DNA of 64,000 nt, from NCBI GenBank assembly GCA_035473115.1, contig DATION010000002.1, forward strand, positions 9,469 through 73,468. The letters are read 5' to 3'. The notes beneath the pieces were generated by a model. That model made no database searches, was not told where the DNA came from, and saw only the letters and a list, made by a program, of their open reading frames with translations. This stretch comes from Candidatus Udaeobacter sp. (GTDB taxonomy: Bacteria; Patescibacteriota; Patescibacteriia; Magasanikbacterales; GWA2-37-8). A program made the translations under genes and the position numbers. Shown piece by piece: positions 16,946-27,429 of this stretch; position 1 is the stretch's first letter; each line of letters opens with the position of its first letter.

Positions 16946-18316
16946 TTAATAATTTAGCTTCCAGATCCCGTCTTTATTTTTATCAGTAAAGTATAGTATT
17001 TTATTTATCGTGTCAGCCGCCACATTAGTAATTTTTTCAGTCAGCAAATCATGCGTTACCAGATAATAAGGGAAAAGCACATTGGTTTTTTCCGCCCAAA
17101 CTAAAGCCAGAGTGTTGTATTGGTCTAAAGGCAAAACTTCCTGTAAATGTTCACCGGAGCGATTGAGCAGGTTTGGTTCCGAGCCTTCACTGTAAGTCCA
17201 TATTTCTAGGGGCGACCAAATTAGCCACCAGTTATTATAACGGGAAATCAAAAATTTATCAGCCGCTATTTTATATTTAGCAGAATTTGTCAGTAAAATT
17301 ATTTGCGAATTTTTACTGTTTTGTAAAAGCAGAGTGTTTTGACGCGCCGCTACAATGCGCAGATTTTCTTTTTCGGTTTGGCCGGTTGCTAAGTTTATAT
17401 CGGTGGAATCTAGCTGGTTAAATACCGAACTAAAACCAAGAGTATTTCTGATCACAGAATATTGTTTGGTAGAACTGTCCATCTGCATAGTCCATAGCTG
17501 TCCGTTTTCCATATACCAATCAAGGTAGGTATTTTTACTTACCGATGAGTCGTTATTAGTAATAGGGGAGTATAGGTTGATATTTTCTTTGTCGCTATAA
17601 TACAGTTGCGGTTCGGTAGAATTTTCCCACTCAAATTTATTTATAAATGGATTATTTTTGGCAATGTTTATCTGTTCTGTACTAGCGGGGTTAATAATTA
17701 TTAAGTTAGAGTATGGCGGGGTTAAATCAGAAACTATCGCGTAATCATTTTTTTCAGCCCAAAGTATTTTTACTGGTTCTGTTTTATTCAAGTTGTAAAC
17801 CTTTTTAGTTTGTTGAGTAGTATTATCCCAAAGCCAGATTTCAGTGGATTGTCCTTTGTTTTGAACGCTATAAATTATAAAACGGCCGTCGTAAGATATA
17901 GCCAAGTTATCTATTTTTGCATTGATCAAATTTTCCGGTTTATTTTTTTGTATTAGACTGATTTCTTTTATGTAATTAGTCTGATTTTCTTTTACGTCAA
18001 TCTCTTTTGACCAATCAAAATAATTTGGAGCGGTAATGCGTAAACTGTATTTGTTCTGTGCGATATTATTTAAACGGATAGGCATCTTGTCTTTTAGCTT
18101 TATGCCATTTAAAAAAACGGTAGCATTTTTTGGCTGGACATCAATACTGATAGCTCCGGTTTTTTTTAAAGGTCCGTTTTTTAAATTTTTCCAGTCCAAA
18201 TGGTAGCCGGCAGTGTACATTATTACCAGCGGCGCAATTATAAAAAAAGCGACAATAAATGTAGTTAGTATTATCAGGCGAACTTTGTGAGTCAGCTTGG
18301 TGTTTGGGTATTCCAT
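16946..18316 (-). CDS. Membrane-anchored PEGA domain protein with beta-propeller-like C-terminal region
   Basis: N-terminal TM followed by a PEGA-like beta-sandwich (VQPKNATVFLNGI...), then a long W/Y-rich repeat region. Confidence 0.55.
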   Translation of the reverse strand: MEYPNTKLTHKVRLIILTTFIVAFFIIAPLVIMYTAGYHLDWKNLKNGPLKKTGAISIDVQPKNATVFLNGIKLKDKMPIRLNNIAQNKYSLRITAPNYFDWSKEIDVKENQTNYIKEISLIQKNKPENLINAKIDNLAISYDGRFIIYSVQNKGQSTEIWLWDNTTQQTKKVYNLNKTEPVKILWAEKNDYAIVSDLTPPYSNLIIINPASTEQINIAKNNPFINKFEWENSTEPQLYYSDKENINLYSPITNNDSSVSKNTYLDWYMENGQLWTMQMDSSTKQYSVIRNTLGFSSVFNQLDSTDINLATGQTEKENLRIVAARQNTLLLQNSKNSQIILLTNSAKYKIAADKFLISRYNNWWLIWSPLEIWTYSEGSEPNLLNRSGEHLQEVLPLDQYNTLALVWAEKTNVLFPYYLVTHDLLTEKITNVAADTINKILYFTDKNKDGIWKLNY

Positions 18317-18353
18317 GTTAAGTTTACGAGGAATTAGAGCAAAGTACCGGCCT

Positions 18354-18382
18354 TTGACTTAGAGTTAATTTTGTAATATACT
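18354..18382 (+). promoter_or_regulatory. Promoter for murA
   Basis: TTGACT, 17-nt spacer, TATACT. Confidence 0.5.
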
Positions 18383-18448
18383 TATTGTAATTATATCCTA
18401 ATATACTAGCTAAAAAATTGGCTTTAGTCAAAGCATGAAGACCGATTT

Positions 18449-19747
18449 ATGTCATATCTAATAATCAATGGAGGCAAAAAATTACACGGCGAAATAACTA
18501 ATCAGTCAGCCAAGAATTCGGCTGTCTCAATTTTGTGCGCTTCTTTGATGATCAAAGGCAAAACAATTTTATCCGATGTGCCGCAAATTGAAGAAGTGAG
18601 TCGTATTTTGGAGTTGCTAACGAGCTTGGGAGTAAAAATAGAAAAATTAGGTCCTGGAAAAATAAGCTTGGATAGTTCTGCTGGTTTAAAATTTGATAAT
18701 ATCGACAAACACGCTTCCGAAGTGACCAGATCATCTTTGCTTTTACTAGGAGCTCTGGCTTCTCACAAGACTACTTATAAACTTTATAAATCCGGCGGCT
18801 GCCGTTTGGGAGAAAGAACTGTCCGGCCTCATTTATACGCTTTGGAAAGTTTTGGTGTTAGCGTAGTTTCCAAACAGCATTTTTATGAAGTTAAAAATAG
18901 TCAGCTCCGTTCCTCAGAAATAGTAATGTATGAATCCGGAGATACTCCAACTGAAAATGCAATTATGGCGGCAGTACTTGCTCCGGGCAAAAGTATTATC
19001 AGAATGGCCTCGGCAAATTATATGGTGCAAGATCTATGTTATTTTTTATGCCAAGCTGGCGCTAAAATTGAAGGCATTGGCACCACTACACTTGTTATAG
19101 AAGGAGTAAAAGAGTTGAAGCCAGTAAAAAATTATTCCATAATGCCAGACCCAATCGCCGCCATGACTTTTGTATCAGCCGCTATAGTTACCGGTTCTCA
19201 CTTAACTGTTAAAAATTGTCCATTGGATTTTTTGGATTTGGAATTGTGCAAGCTAGAAAAAATGGGGCAAAAATTACAGGTAAAAAACAAACATTTGCGC
19301 GGTAATTTTCGCATGGCTGATATAGAAATCTGGCCGTCTGCTTTAAAAGCTTTGCCTGATAAAATTTACGGACGGCCTTTCCCCGGTTTAAATATAGACA
19401 ATCTGCCATTGTTTGTCCCTATTTTGGCCAAAGCCAAAGGCAGAACTTTGGTCCATGACTGGGCTTATGAAAACAGAGCGGTATATAATTTGGAATTACA
19501 AAAATTGGGAGCAAATATTACTTTAGTTGATTTGCATAGAACTTGGGTAGAAGGCCCGACTAAATTTAAAGCCAATGAAGTAGTCGCGCCGCCAGCTTTG
19601 CGTCCGGCCGTAAATATTTTGCTGGTAATGCTGGCTGCCAAAGGCAAATCAATTTTACGTAATACTTATGTAATTGATCGCGGCTACGAAAAATTGTATG
19701 ATATATTTAATAAAGCCGGTGCGGATATTAAAATAATTAGCGAATAA
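18449..19747 (+). CDS. murA: UDP-N-acetylglucosamine 1-carboxyvinyltransferase
   Basis: EPSP-synthase fold with the catalytic Cys loop (SGGCRLGERTVRPH). Confidence 0.9.
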   Translation: MSYLIINGGKKLHGEITNQSAKNSAVSILCASLMIKGKTILSDVPQIEEVSRILELLTSLGVKIEKLGPGKISLDSSAGLKFDNIDKHASEVTRSSLLLLGALASHKTTYKLYKSGGCRLGERTVRPHLYALESFGVSVVSKQHFYEVKNSQLRSSEIVMYESGDTPTENAIMAAVLAPGKSIIRMASANYMVQDLCYFLCQAGAKIEGIGTTTLVIEGVKELKPVKNYSIMPDPIAAMTFVSAAIVTGSHLTVKNCPLDFLDLELCKLEKMGQKLQVKNKHLRGNFRMADIEIWPSALKALPDKIYGRPFPGLNIDNLPLFVPILAKAKGRTLVHDWAYENRAVYNLELQKLGANITLVDLHRTWVEGPTKFKANEVVAPPALRPAVNILLVMLAAKGKSILRNTYVIDRGYEKLYDIFNKAGADIKIISE

Positions 19748-19752
19748 ATTTT

Positions 19753-21012
19753 ATGTCAGACATATCGCCTGTAAAAATTAGAGCCAAAAAATATGCCGGA
19801 GTTTATTTGGCAATAATCTTATTTATCATATCTTTTGGCGGCGGTGTTATCGTTGGCAAAACCTGGTATGTAAAAAAACAGATTACCGATGAGAACGGTA
19901 ATGTGCAGATAGAAAAAGTTTTAAATTTAAATCGTTCTATTAATCATTCCAATTTGGACTTTAGCCAGTTTTGGGATGTTTGGGATAAGATACAGGCTAA
20001 ATATGTAAAAAAGCCATCCAAAGATACAGACATGTTTTATGGAGCGATCCAGGGTTTGGTCGCATCTTTGGGAGATCCATATTCTTTGTATTTCCCTCCT
20101 AAAGCCGCTGAAGAATTTGCCAAAGATCTGTCCGGAGAATTAGAAGGTATTGGCGCGGAAATCGGTGTTAAAAATAATCAATTGGTAGTGGTATCACCAT
20201 TGCCGGATTCTCCGGCCGAAAAAGTTGGCTTAAAACCTGGAGATAAAATTTTAGAAATAGATAAAGAAAGCACTTTTGGCATGGATGTAAATACCGCTGT
20301 GACCAAAATTCGCGGTAAAGCAAGCACAAAAGTAGTTTTAACCATTACCAGAGACGGTCTGACTAAATCCTCCGAAGTTACTATTGTACGATCAAAGATA
20401 AATGTGCCATCTGTGTTATTTTCCGTTAAACCGGGCAATATCGCTTATCTGAGAATAATGCAATTTAGTGGCGATACGACGAATCAGCTTAATAAGTATA
20501 TAAAGCAGATAAAAGCCAAAGGTAATAAAGCGATAATTCTTGATCTGCGCAACAACCCCGGCGGTTATTTAGATGCGGCCATTGAAATGGCTAGTGATTG
20601 GGTGACTAGCGGCGTGGTTGTAAGTGAAAAAGGCAGAGATGGTCAGAGCAATGAACATGAAACCCAAGGTTCTCATCCTTTATCAGGAATTAAAACTATA
20701 GTTTTAGTCAATAAAGGTTCGGCTTCCGCCTCCGAAATTGTGGCCGGAGCTTTACAAGATACTAAAAATGCAATTTTGATAGGTGAGCAGACTTTTGGCA
20801 AAGGTTCGGTGCAGGACTTTGAAACTTTCCCAGATGGCTCGGCGCTTAAATTAACTGTGGCCGAATGGTTTACTCCAAATGGCAAAAATATTAATAAAGA
20901 GGGGATTAAGCCAGATATAGAAGTAAAAGAAGATTGGGATAAAGAAAAAATTGGCGAAGATGTAGTTTTGAGTAAAGCCTTGGAATTAATTGCTTCCTCG
21001 ACTGTAAAATAA
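19753..21012 (+). CDS. ctpA: S41 family C-terminal processing peptidase
   Basis: N-terminal TM, PDZ domain, and S41 core (DLRNNPGGYL...GSASASEI). Confidence 0.85.
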   Translation: MSDISPVKIRAKKYAGVYLAIILFIISFGGGVIVGKTWYVKKQITDENGNVQIEKVLNLNRSINHSNLDFSQFWDVWDKIQAKYVKKPSKDTDMFYGAIQGLVASLGDPYSLYFPPKAAEEFAKDLSGELEGIGAEIGVKNNQLVVVSPLPDSPAEKVGLKPGDKILEIDKESTFGMDVNTAVTKIRGKASTKVVLTITRDGLTKSSEVTIVRSKINVPSVLFSVKPGNIAYLRIMQFSGDTTNQLNKYIKQIKAKGNKAIILDLRNNPGGYLDAAIEMASDWVTSGVVVSEKGRDGQSNEHETQGSHPLSGIKTIVLVNKGSASASEIVAGALQDTKNAILIGEQTFGKGSVQDFETFPDGSALKLTVAEWFTPNGKNINKEGIKPDIEVKEDWDKEKIGEDVVLSKALELIASSTVK

Positions 21013-21042
21013 ATTATTTATAAATCTTTTTCGTCGGCTATA

Positions 21043-21075
21043 AAATACCTGCTAAATTAGCAGGTATTTTATTTA
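21043..21075 (+). terminator. Intrinsic terminator after ctpA
   Basis: AAATACCTGCTAA-t-TTAGCAGGTATTT followed by TATTTAT. Confidence 0.6.
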
Positions 21076-21135
21076 TCCACTTGTGCATAAATTGGTAGTA
21101 TGATAATATTTAAGTAATCACTTAAATATATTTTT

Positions 21136-21597
21136 ATGAAAATTAAAAATAGTACTAAAAAATTTAGACCATTTAAAAATGAAAAAATAAAAGGCATTTT
21201 TGATTCATATCCAGAAAATATCCGTACAAAACTCATGCAGTTACGAGAATTAGTTTTTGATGTTGCTTCAAAGACTAAAGTAGTAGGTAAAATTAAAGAA
21301 ACTCTAAAATGGGGTCAGCCCAGTTATATTACCGCGCAATCTAAAAGCGGAACAACTATTAGGTTGGATCGAGTAAAATCTGAGCGTGGAGTATATGCTT
21401 TGTATGTGCATTGCCAGACACCGCTGATAGCTAAACTTAGAAGTATGTATGGCAGCGCTTTTACTTATGAAAAGAATCGAGCGATTCATTTTAACTATTA
21501 TGAAGATGTTCCTTTGGTAAAATTACGTAATTTTATTGCAATGGCTTTAACTTACCATCTTAATGCAAGAAACAAATATTATGGGAAGAAGCAATAA
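21136..21597 (+). CDS. DUF1801 (YdhG-like) domain protein
   Basis: ETLKWGQPSY motif and domain length typical of DUF1801. Confidence 0.5.
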   Translation: MKIKNSTKKFRPFKNEKIKGIFDSYPENIRTKLMQLRELVFDVASKTKVVGKIKETLKWGQPSYITAQSKSGTTIRLDRVKSERGVYALYVHCQTPLIAKLRSMYGSAFTYEKNRAIHFNYYEDVPLVKLRNFIAMALTYHLNARNKYYGKKQ

Positions 21598-22171
21598 AAA
21601 AGATATCAAAGAAATTTTACATAATTCTTGCATGCTTTTTTGGAATAAAGGTTATGCTCAAACTTCAATTAAAGATATAGAAAAAGCAACCGGACTTAAT
21701 CCAGGCAGTCTTTATTATTATTTTAAAAATAAGGAAGTTATATTTGAAAAAGTTCTTGAACACTATGTATCAACGGTTGTTGAACCTCGCTTAAAAGAGT
21801 TTTTATTCACTACTAAAGGGAATGGTTTAAATAATATACAAAGAGTGTTTGATTCTGTAGTTGAGATACCAAGTGAGTATCGATGGATAGGTTGTTTAAT
21901 GACTAATACGTCAGTTGAAGTACAAGAAATACCAAAGATAAAGAAAAAGATTCAAACGATTTTTGATTTATTTGAAAGTGGTTTTTTAAAGCAGATAAAT
22001 CGTGTCTCGGTTTTAAAAACCAAAACTTTGTTAGAACGCAGGAAGCTAGCGGGGTATTTATTAGTAGCCATGGAAGGATTTTTTGTTTTGGTGCGATTGC
22101 AAAATGATACTGCCCAATTAAAAAAATATGTTAGTAACGCCTTATACCCATTAAAAAGTGCATTAAAATAG
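21581..22171 (+). CDS. TetR/AcrR family transcriptional regulator
   Basis: N-terminal TetR HTH (GYAQTSIKDIEKATGLNPGSLYYYFKNKE); overlaps the preceding gene by 17 nt. Confidence 0.8.
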   Translation: MGRSNKKDIKEILHNSCMLFWNKGYAQTSIKDIEKATGLNPGSLYYYFKNKEVIFEKVLEHYVSTVVEPRLKEFLFTTKGNGLNNIQRVFDSVVEIPSEYRWIGCLMTNTSVEVQEIPKIKKKIQTIFDLFESGFLKQINRVSVLKTKTLLERRKLAGYLLVAMEGFFVLVRLQNDTAQLKKYVSNALYPLKSALK

Positions 22172-22198
22172 TTTATTTATTTTTTTAATAATGTATTT

Positions 22199-22561
22199 AT
22201 GGAAAAATACCAAAATAATTGGCAGCAGTATATGCAAGTATGGTCAGAAACTAGTAATGAAAAAAGACTAATGATACTCAAAAAAGTTTTAAGTGAAAAA
22301 GCGACTTACATTGATCCGGTGACAGAAGAAACCCTGATTGGATATGATGCAATTAACAGCTACATAGAACAAACACAGAAAATTGTGCCAGGTGTTAGTC
22401 TTAATCTTGTTGCCTATCAAGAGCATCATAGTATCAGTTTAGCACAGTGGAATATGTGTGTTGGCGAGATGGTTATTGCGCCAGGTCATAGTTTTGCTAG
22501 GTATGGCAATAACGGAGAAATAATCGAAACAATTGCTTTTTTCTCTTTGCCTAAAAAATAA
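22199..22561 (+). CDS. NTF2-like (SnoaL-like) family protein
   Basis: Size and secondary-structure pattern fit the NTF2-like fold; weak call. Confidence 0.45.
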   Translation: MEKYQNNWQQYMQVWSETSNEKRLMILKKVLSEKATYIDPVTEETLIGYDAINSYIEQTQKIVPGVSLNLVAYQEHHSISLAQWNMCVGEMVIAPGHSFARYGNNGEIIETIAFFSLPKK

Positions 22562-22572
22562 AATATAAGACT

Positions 22573-22600
22573 AAAAAACACCGATTGCGGTGTTTTTTTA
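22573..22600. terminator. Bidirectional terminator (NTF2-like gene / era)
   Basis: AACACCG-attg-CGGTGTT flanked by an A-run and a T-run. Confidence 0.65.
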
Positions 22601-22621
22601 GTTTTGTGTAAAAATTTTAAA

Positions 22622-23503
22622 TTAAATCCGTTCTTCCCAGCGCCGATCAGTCTCAACTTCCAGTTGCAAAAATATTTTTTTATTTAAAGCTGCTTCTAAT
22701 TCTTTGCGGGCGGCAATGCCGATTTCTTTTATGGATCGGCCATTTTTGCCGATAATCATTTTTTTGTAGCGGCTATCGTAGGTATAAACAGTAGCATCAA
22801 TTACAAAGACATCTGGTTTTTCTTCGATACCGGTTACCTCTACATGAGTGGTATAAGGGACTTCTTGTCTGAGGGCTTTAAAAATTTTTTCTCTGATCAG
22901 TTCCGCTATCCAAAACTTCTCATCCATGTTCGTTAGCTGGGTTGGCGGGTACGTTGGCTCGCCGACCGGCAATAGTTCAAAAACTTTATCGCGCAGCGGT
23001 TGGACATCTCTATTTTCTTGAGCGGATAATTCAAACACTTGGGTAAACTGATCAGCCAAGGCTTTGTAGTCATCCAAAAAAACTTTTTCTTTAGTCGGCA
23101 AATCAGATTTATTTATAACTAGCAATTTTGGTGTTTCTAAGTTTCGGATCATCGCCAGAGTGGCTCGTTCTTCTACCCCCAAAGATTTGCTTGGATCAAC
23201 CACGTATAAAATTATATCAATGCCTTGCAGAGCTTCTTGGGCACGCTGAGTCAGTTTGCCGGATAGTGGATTGCCTTTGTCTTTAAAAATTCCCGGAGTA
23301 TCAATAAAAACAGCCTGCCCTTGCGTGGTGTTTAGCACTCCGTGTATAATGTTCCTGGTGGTTTGCGGTTTATCGGTGACAGCGGCAATTTTAGTGCCAA
23401 TGAGTGTGTTTAACAAAGCAGACTTGCCGGCGTTAGAGCGTCCGATCAAAGTCACAAAACCGGCTTTAAATTGTTCTGCGGCTGGCTGTTTGGCCTTAGG
23501 CAT
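22622..23503 (-). CDS. era: GTPase Era
   Basis: G1 GRSNAGKS, DTPG and NKSD motifs plus a C-terminal KH domain. Confidence 0.9.
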   Translation of the reverse strand: MPKAKQPAAEQFKAGFVTLIGRSNAGKSALLNTLIGTKIAAVTDKPQTTRNIIHGVLNTTQGQAVFIDTPGIFKDKGNPLSGKLTQRAQEALQGIDIILYVVDPSKSLGVEERATLAMIRNLETPKLLVINKSDLPTKEKVFLDDYKALADQFTQVFELSAQENRDVQPLRDKVFELLPVGEPTYPPTQLTNMDEKFWIAELIREKIFKALRQEVPYTTHVEVTGIEEKPDVFVIDATVYTYDSRYKKMIIGKNGRSIKEIGIAARKELEAALNKKIFLQLEVETDRRWEERI

Positions 23504-23573
23504 ATTTTATTTGCATTTAGCGGTTAAACGATAGTATAATATATCAAAATACAAACTAAAGCAAGATGCGGGT

Positions 23574-24014
23574 ATGCAAGTTGTTTTTATACAAAATGTG
23601 GCCGGAATCGGCAGAATAGATGATGTAAAAGAAGTTAGTGAAGGCTATGCGCGTAATTTTTTGTTTGCCAAAAATTTGGCTGTGCCGGCTACCACAAAAG
23701 TTTTGTCCGATCTAAAATCACGTAAAAATAAAAAAACCAAAGACCATGAAATGGAGCTGCGAGAACAGCAAAGCTTGGCCGACAAATTGGAAGGCTATGA
23801 GCTGTCTTTAAAAGAAAGAGCTGGTACGGCTGGAAATTTATATGCTGCTGTTGGGCAGCAAAAAGTTGCCGAAGCCTTGGTAAAATCCGGGTTTAAAATA
23901 AGCAAAGATCAAATTTTATTAAAACCGATCAAAGAAATCGGTCAGTTTTCGGCAAAAATCAAGTTTTCCCATGGACTAGAATCCGCAATATCAATAATCG
24001 TTTCTAAAATTTAA
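23574..24014 (+). CDS. rplI: 50S ribosomal protein L9
   Basis: MQVVFIQNVAGIGRIDDVKEVSEGYARNFL N-terminal domain. Confidence 0.85.
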   Translation: MQVVFIQNVAGIGRIDDVKEVSEGYARNFLFAKNLAVPATTKVLSDLKSRKNKKTKDHEMELREQQSLADKLEGYELSLKERAGTAGNLYAAVGQQKVAEALVKSGFKISKDQILLKPIKEIGQFSAKIKFSHGLESAISIIVSKI

Positions 24015-24024
24015 ATAAGCTAGC

Positions 24025-25659
24025 ATGAAAAAAACCAAATATATTTTCGTAATCGGCGGCGTACTTAGCGGGGTAGGAAAGGGAGTAACCACGGCATCCA
24101 TTGGCCGTATTTTTAAAAATAGAGGTTTTAAAGTTTCAGCCATCAAAATTGATCCATATATAAATGTGGATGCTGGCACAATGAATCCGATTGAACACGG
24201 CGAAGTGTTTGTAACCGAAGATGGAGATGAAACTGATCAGGATCTGGGTAATTATGAAAGATTTTTGGAAACAGATATATTTTCTTTTAATTACATGACC
24301 ACTGGCCGGGTTTATCTGAGTGTGATTGAAAAAGAACGCAGTATGTATTACAAAGGAAAATGTGTTGAAGTGGTGCCCCATATCCCAATGGAAATTATTG
24401 GCCGAATAAAAAATGCCGCCGCTAAAACTCAAGCCGAAGTGATGGTGGTAGAAATTGGCGGCACAGCCGGAGAGTATCAAAATATTCTGTTTTTGGAAGC
24501 TGCGCGCATGATGAAGTTAGAAACTCCGGAAGACGTCGCTTTTATTTTGGTAAGTTATTTGCCGGTACCGGGCCATTTGGGAGAAATGAAAACCAAACCG
24601 ACTCAGTACGCTTCGCGCACCTTAAATGCTAGCGGCATTCAGGCAGACTTTATTGTGGCGCGCGGACCGGACGAACTAGATAAACCAAGACGAGAAAAAT
24701 TGGCGCTTTTGTGCGGTTTGCGCAACGAAGAAGATGTGATTGCGGCTCCGGATGTAAATAGTATCTACGAAATTCCTTTGATTTTGGAAAGACAAAAATT
24801 TGCCGAATTATTAATGAAAAGGTTAAAAATTAAATCCAGAAAACCGGCTGATAAAGAATGGGATAATTTTGTCGATAAAATAAATAAAATTAATAAAGTA
24901 TTAAAGATCGCGGTGGTTGGAAAATATTTCTCCACCGGTGATTATACTCTGGCTGATTCATACATTTCTGTGATTAATGCGGTCAAGCATGCAGCTTGGC
25001 ATAGCGGGGTTAATGCCGAAATGACTTGGATCGATGCTGAGGACTATGAAAAAAATCCGGAAAAAGTAAAAGAACTCGGCAATTACAACGCTTTGATTGT
25101 TCCGGGCGGATTTGGCACCAGAGGTATCGAAGGTATTTTAAAAACTATTAAATACGCCAGAGAAAATAATTTGCCATATTTTGGTTTGTGTTATGGCATG
25201 CAACTTGCAACGATAGAATTTGCACGCAATGTTTTGGGATATAAAGATGCGCATACGGTAGAATGCGACGCAAAAAGCAAGAATTTAATAATAAATATCA
25301 ACACCACTCAAGCCGAGAATATTAAAAAAGAACGTTATGGCGGCACAATGCGTTTGGGGGCATATGATTGTGTTTTAACTGCTGGCAGTTTGGCTCGTAA
25401 ATGCTATGGCGCTGATAAAATTAGTGAACGCCACCGGCATCGCTATGAATTTGCTAATAAATATAGAGAAGAGATAGAAAAGCATGGTATGCTGGTAACG
25501 GGAGTAAATCCGCAATCGGATTTGGTAGAAATTATTGAATTAAAAAATCATCCATTTTTTGTCGGTGTCCAATTTCATCCGGAATTTAAATCCAGGTTTT
25601 TGCAGCCGCACCCATTGTTTGTGGGGCTGATAAAAGCGGCGCTTGGAAAAACTAAATAA
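24025..25659 (+). CDS. pyrG: CTP synthase
   Basis: Synthase domain (GVLSGVGKG) and glutamine amidotransferase domain (GLCYGMQ, HPEF). Confidence 0.95.
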   Translation: MKKTKYIFVIGGVLSGVGKGVTTASIGRIFKNRGFKVSAIKIDPYINVDAGTMNPIEHGEVFVTEDGDETDQDLGNYERFLETDIFSFNYMTTGRVYLSVIEKERSMYYKGKCVEVVPHIPMEIIGRIKNAAAKTQAEVMVVEIGGTAGEYQNILFLEAARMMKLETPEDVAFILVSYLPVPGHLGEMKTKPTQYASRTLNASGIQADFIVARGPDELDKPRREKLALLCGLRNEEDVIAAPDVNSIYEIPLILERQKFAELLMKRLKIKSRKPADKEWDNFVDKINKINKVLKIAVVGKYFSTGDYTLADSYISVINAVKHAAWHSGVNAEMTWIDAEDYEKNPEKVKELGNYNALIVPGGFGTRGIEGILKTIKYARENNLPYFGLCYGMQLATIEFARNVLGYKDAHTVECDAKSKNLIININTTQAENIKKERYGGTMRLGAYDCVLTAGSLARKCYGADKISERHRHRYEFANKYREEIEKHGMLVTGVNPQSDLVEIIELKNHPFFVGVQFHPEFKSRFLQPHPLFVGLIKAALGKTK

Positions 25660-25713
25660 GTTTGACTATTTTTTCTGATAGTATAAGATACACTCTAAGG
25701 AGGACTCTTAAGT

Positions 25714-25923
25714 ATGATTGCCGATAATGATTCCGACGATGCTTCCAATGCTACAGGTCAAGTGCCGGAAAACACTTTGGCGGGTACGGGGTTTGTCGGA
25801 GGTCATGGTTTCCCAGCGCAAGATGCTGAAAAGCCAAGAGGTTGTCCAATATGCCGGACTCCTGTTTGTCAGCTTCCGCCAGATGGAACAGGTAAACCAA
25901 GAAGTCATGTTGTAGTAGTCTAG
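25714..25923 (+). CDS. Small GC-rich acidic peptide with CxxC...C motif (69 aa)
   Basis: Strong RBS AAGGAGG 10 nt upstream; about 55% GC; followed by an 11-bp-stem hairpin. Confidence 0.45.
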   Translation: MIADNDSDDASNATGQVPENTLAGTGFVGGHGFPAQDAEKPRGCPICRTPVCQLPPDGTGKPRSHVVVV

Positions 25924-25969
25924 AGGTTCAAGCTCGGTAGAGCTGTGTTATTGTATTGGAGGAGTAGGG

Positions 25970-26009
25970 ACAGGTAAGGAGTACGGATTTTATTCGTTTC
26001 CTTACCTGT
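25970..26009. terminator. Hairpin between convergent genes
   Basis: ACAGGTAAGGA...TCCTTACCTGT with 11-bp perfect arms and weak U-tracts. Confidence 0.4.
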
Positions 26010-26022
26010 AAAAGTTAAATTT

Positions 26023-27393
26023 TTATCTTCCAGCCAATCGCAAAATGGTATTGATGGTCCGCAGTATTATCGAAATATCCAAAGTTAAACCCCGGTTTTT
26101 TATATAATATAAATCATATTCCAGTTTCTGCAGATTTTCTTCTATGGTGCCGTAATAAGCTTTATTAATTTGCGCCCAACCGGTTAATCCTGGTTTGATT
26201 AAATGACGCAGAGAATAGTAAGGCATTTTTTCCGTTAGTTGCTGTACAAATTCCGGACGTTCGGGGCGCGGACCAATAACTGACATTTCGCCTTTTAAAA
26301 TATTTATAAACTGTGGCACTTCGTCCAGACGGGTTAATCGTAAAATTTTTCCCACGGAAGTAATACGGCTATCTTGAGTAGCGGCAAACTGCGGACCGCT
26401 AGTTTCGGCGCTGCCGTCAGCTGCCAGTGATTGCATGGTACGGTATTTATAAACTTTAAAAATTTGGCCTTGTCTGCCAACTCGGTTTTGAGTAAAAAAT
26501 ATTTTGCCTTTGGAGTTTATTTTAATGGCTAAAGCTAAGAACGGAAAAGTAATTCCAAAAAATAGGCCGATTAAAACTGCTAAAACATAATCCGTTAAGA
26601 TGCGAAAGCGGTCATAAATTTTTTTCTGCTGTTCATGCAGATTGGCGATAAACCAGCCTTCCGAAAAGGTAAACGGGGGAATGCGGCGCATGACTGATTC
26701 ATAAAAATCAGCTAGGTTAATAATGCTTACTTGTTGAAACAAGCTAAGATAAAGCTCTTTGAGCAAGGTTTTTTCAGCTGTCATCTGCGGTGAGAGTACG
26801 ATGATAGTGGCCGGATTTTTATTTTTATTGTTTATTTCAGTAATAGTTTTGCCAAAAACTATATTAGCAAACTGATTTTCTAAATTTTTATTTTCCTCAA
26901 TTATGCCACTAATAAAATAGCCTAGACGAGGCTCTTTTTGAATATTAATTATCAGTTCTTTAACCTCGTCGGTTATTCCGGCAAAAATCACGTTATATTT
27001 TAAAGTAGTAGAGATAAATTTATTATAAAAAAAACGCCATAAAGAGATTAATCCAAAACCGATCAGGGCGGTAAGCAGCAGAATCGTTTTAGGGGTAATG
27101 GCCGTTTTGGGGTTGATATAAAAATAAATGATGCCGAAAACCGTCCAGGTTAGAGTGCTGATGATAATTTTTTGGTAAAAAGACCAGGAGTTTTTGGTTT
27201 TACTGACATCATAAAGACCGGCGATAAAAAGAACGATTATTGCCAAGAAAAATAGTTGAGTCATCGGAGAAAGCAGATCTTGCCAATTTTGCGCGGGAAT
27301 TTTTAAATATCTAAAATAAAGGGCAAAATATAAGCCCAAATATAGCATAATCAGGTCGCCAAGAAGCAAGGTAAGCTGTTTTAAACGCAGCAT
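26023..27393 (-). CDS. Undecaprenyl-phosphate sugar phosphotransferase (bacterial sugar transferase, WbaP/EpsB-like)
   Basis: N-terminal TM helices and the C-terminal catalytic domain (KFRTM, GPRPE.PEF, KPGLTGWAQ). Confidence 0.85.
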   Translation of the reverse strand: MLRLKQLTLLLGDLIMLYLGLYFALYFRYLKIPAQNWQDLLSPMTQLFFLAIIVLFIAGLYDVSKTKNSWSFYQKIIISTLTWTVFGIIYFYINPKTAITPKTILLLTALIGFGLISLWRFFYNKFISTTLKYNVIFAGITDEVKELIINIQKEPRLGYFISGIIEENKNLENQFANIVFGKTITEINNKNKNPATIIVLSPQMTAEKTLLKELYLSLFQQVSIINLADFYESVMRRIPPFTFSEGWFIANLHEQQKKIYDRFRILTDYVLAVLIGLFFGITFPFLALAIKINSKGKIFFTQNRVGRQGQIFKVYKYRTMQSLAADGSAETSGPQFAATQDSRITSVGKILRLTRLDEVPQFINILKGEMSVIGPRPERPEFVQQLTEKMPYYSLRHLIKPGLTGWAQINKAYYGTIEENLQKLEYDLYYIKNRGLTLDISIILRTINTILRLAGR

Positions 27394-27429
27394 AAGTCGG
27401 TATATAACTTATTATGGTATAATATTACA

